Source: Paragordius varius
Lineage: Eukaryota; Animalia; Nematomorpha
Reading direction: 5' to 3'
DNA: 64,000 nt
NCBI GenBank assembly: GCA_964247055.1
Contig: OZ176054.1
Span: forward strand, 1,984,001-2,048,000
Each line of letters starts with the position of its first letter. Within the stretch, counting starts at the first letter, position 1. This document shows, one piece after another, positions 63,379 through 64,000 of the stretch. The notes beneath the pieces were generated by a model. That model was not told the origin of the DNA. It did no database searches and saw only the letters and a program-made list of their open reading frames with translations. Position numbers and translations under genes: made by a program.

Positions 63379-64000
63379 GTAGATAAAATTATTGCATAAT
63401 AAATTGTTGCAGTTAATGCGAACATCTAGGGTAGAAGAACTTAAACCCGTCTAATTATTATTAATTGGTGTTGCGGCAAGGCAAATAAAAAAAAATTTTT
63501 ATCATTGACTAGCTTTTTAAATAAAATTTACAATTTTTAACCATTTTAAATGGTAAAGGTCATATTTTTTGATGAATGAGTTGGCTCAAAAATAACTCAT
63601 CAATATAAAATTTTTATGGGAAATTGAGACATTATTTTTGTGGCTTAAAAAATGTTCAGACACCTTATAAGTAAAAAATAGGAGAATAATATGTGGTATT
63701 ATAAAATGTGTTTTGAGCCTGCGTATTCACATGGCTTTTTCGCATGAACAAGTTTGAGTTTGATAAGGGCTTATTTAAATAGCCCTATAATTTTTTTTAT
63801 GTTTTGGTTATAAAAACCTTATTAGATGTAGCCTTTTTTAAAAATTAATAAAAGATAATACTGCGACTGGATTTATACTTTTGCCTACAATAATTTATTG
63901 ATTACAATTTAAAGTCGCCAGCTATAAATTGAAAAATAAAGCCATTTAGCGCACATAAATTTGCTCACTTTTTTTATTCTTCTTATGTAACAACAGGTGT

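Noticed and set aside
63740-63765. ACAAGTTTGAG resembling the 3' end of nematode SL1
   Set aside because: Only a short match, not followed by GT or an Sm site. I recognised no tRNA, rRNA or snRNA anywhere in the window.

Overview
This is very AT-rich, intron-containing animal (invertebrate) DNA; the taxon cannot be fixed from the sequence. By chaining GT-AG sites by hand in a consistent reading phase I reconstructed eight spliced genes: an animal heme peroxidase (15 exons), a purple acid phosphatase (ACP5-like), an NRF-6-type acyltransferase (minus strand), a divergent casein kinase I gamma, syntaxin-18, an orphan class A GPCR, an SLC37/OPA-family MFS transporter, and the 5' part of an EGF/SEA-domain protein. 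There is also an orphan 145-aa ORF with two LC8-type TQT motifs. Introns and intergenic DNA hold many transposon relics: Mos1-like mariner, three or four hATs, CACTA-ended elements, a PHIS-like element, RTE and copia fragments, Tc1/pogo-type MITEs, and a foldback family with 21-bp periodic arms. Main observation: seven GT-AG introns of only 21-25 nt, clustered at the 5' ends of STX18 (five in a row) and the SLC37-like gene (two). All 44 other inferred introns are 60-2903 nt. The ORF track misses these micro-intron regions. All gene models are manual and have no transcript support.
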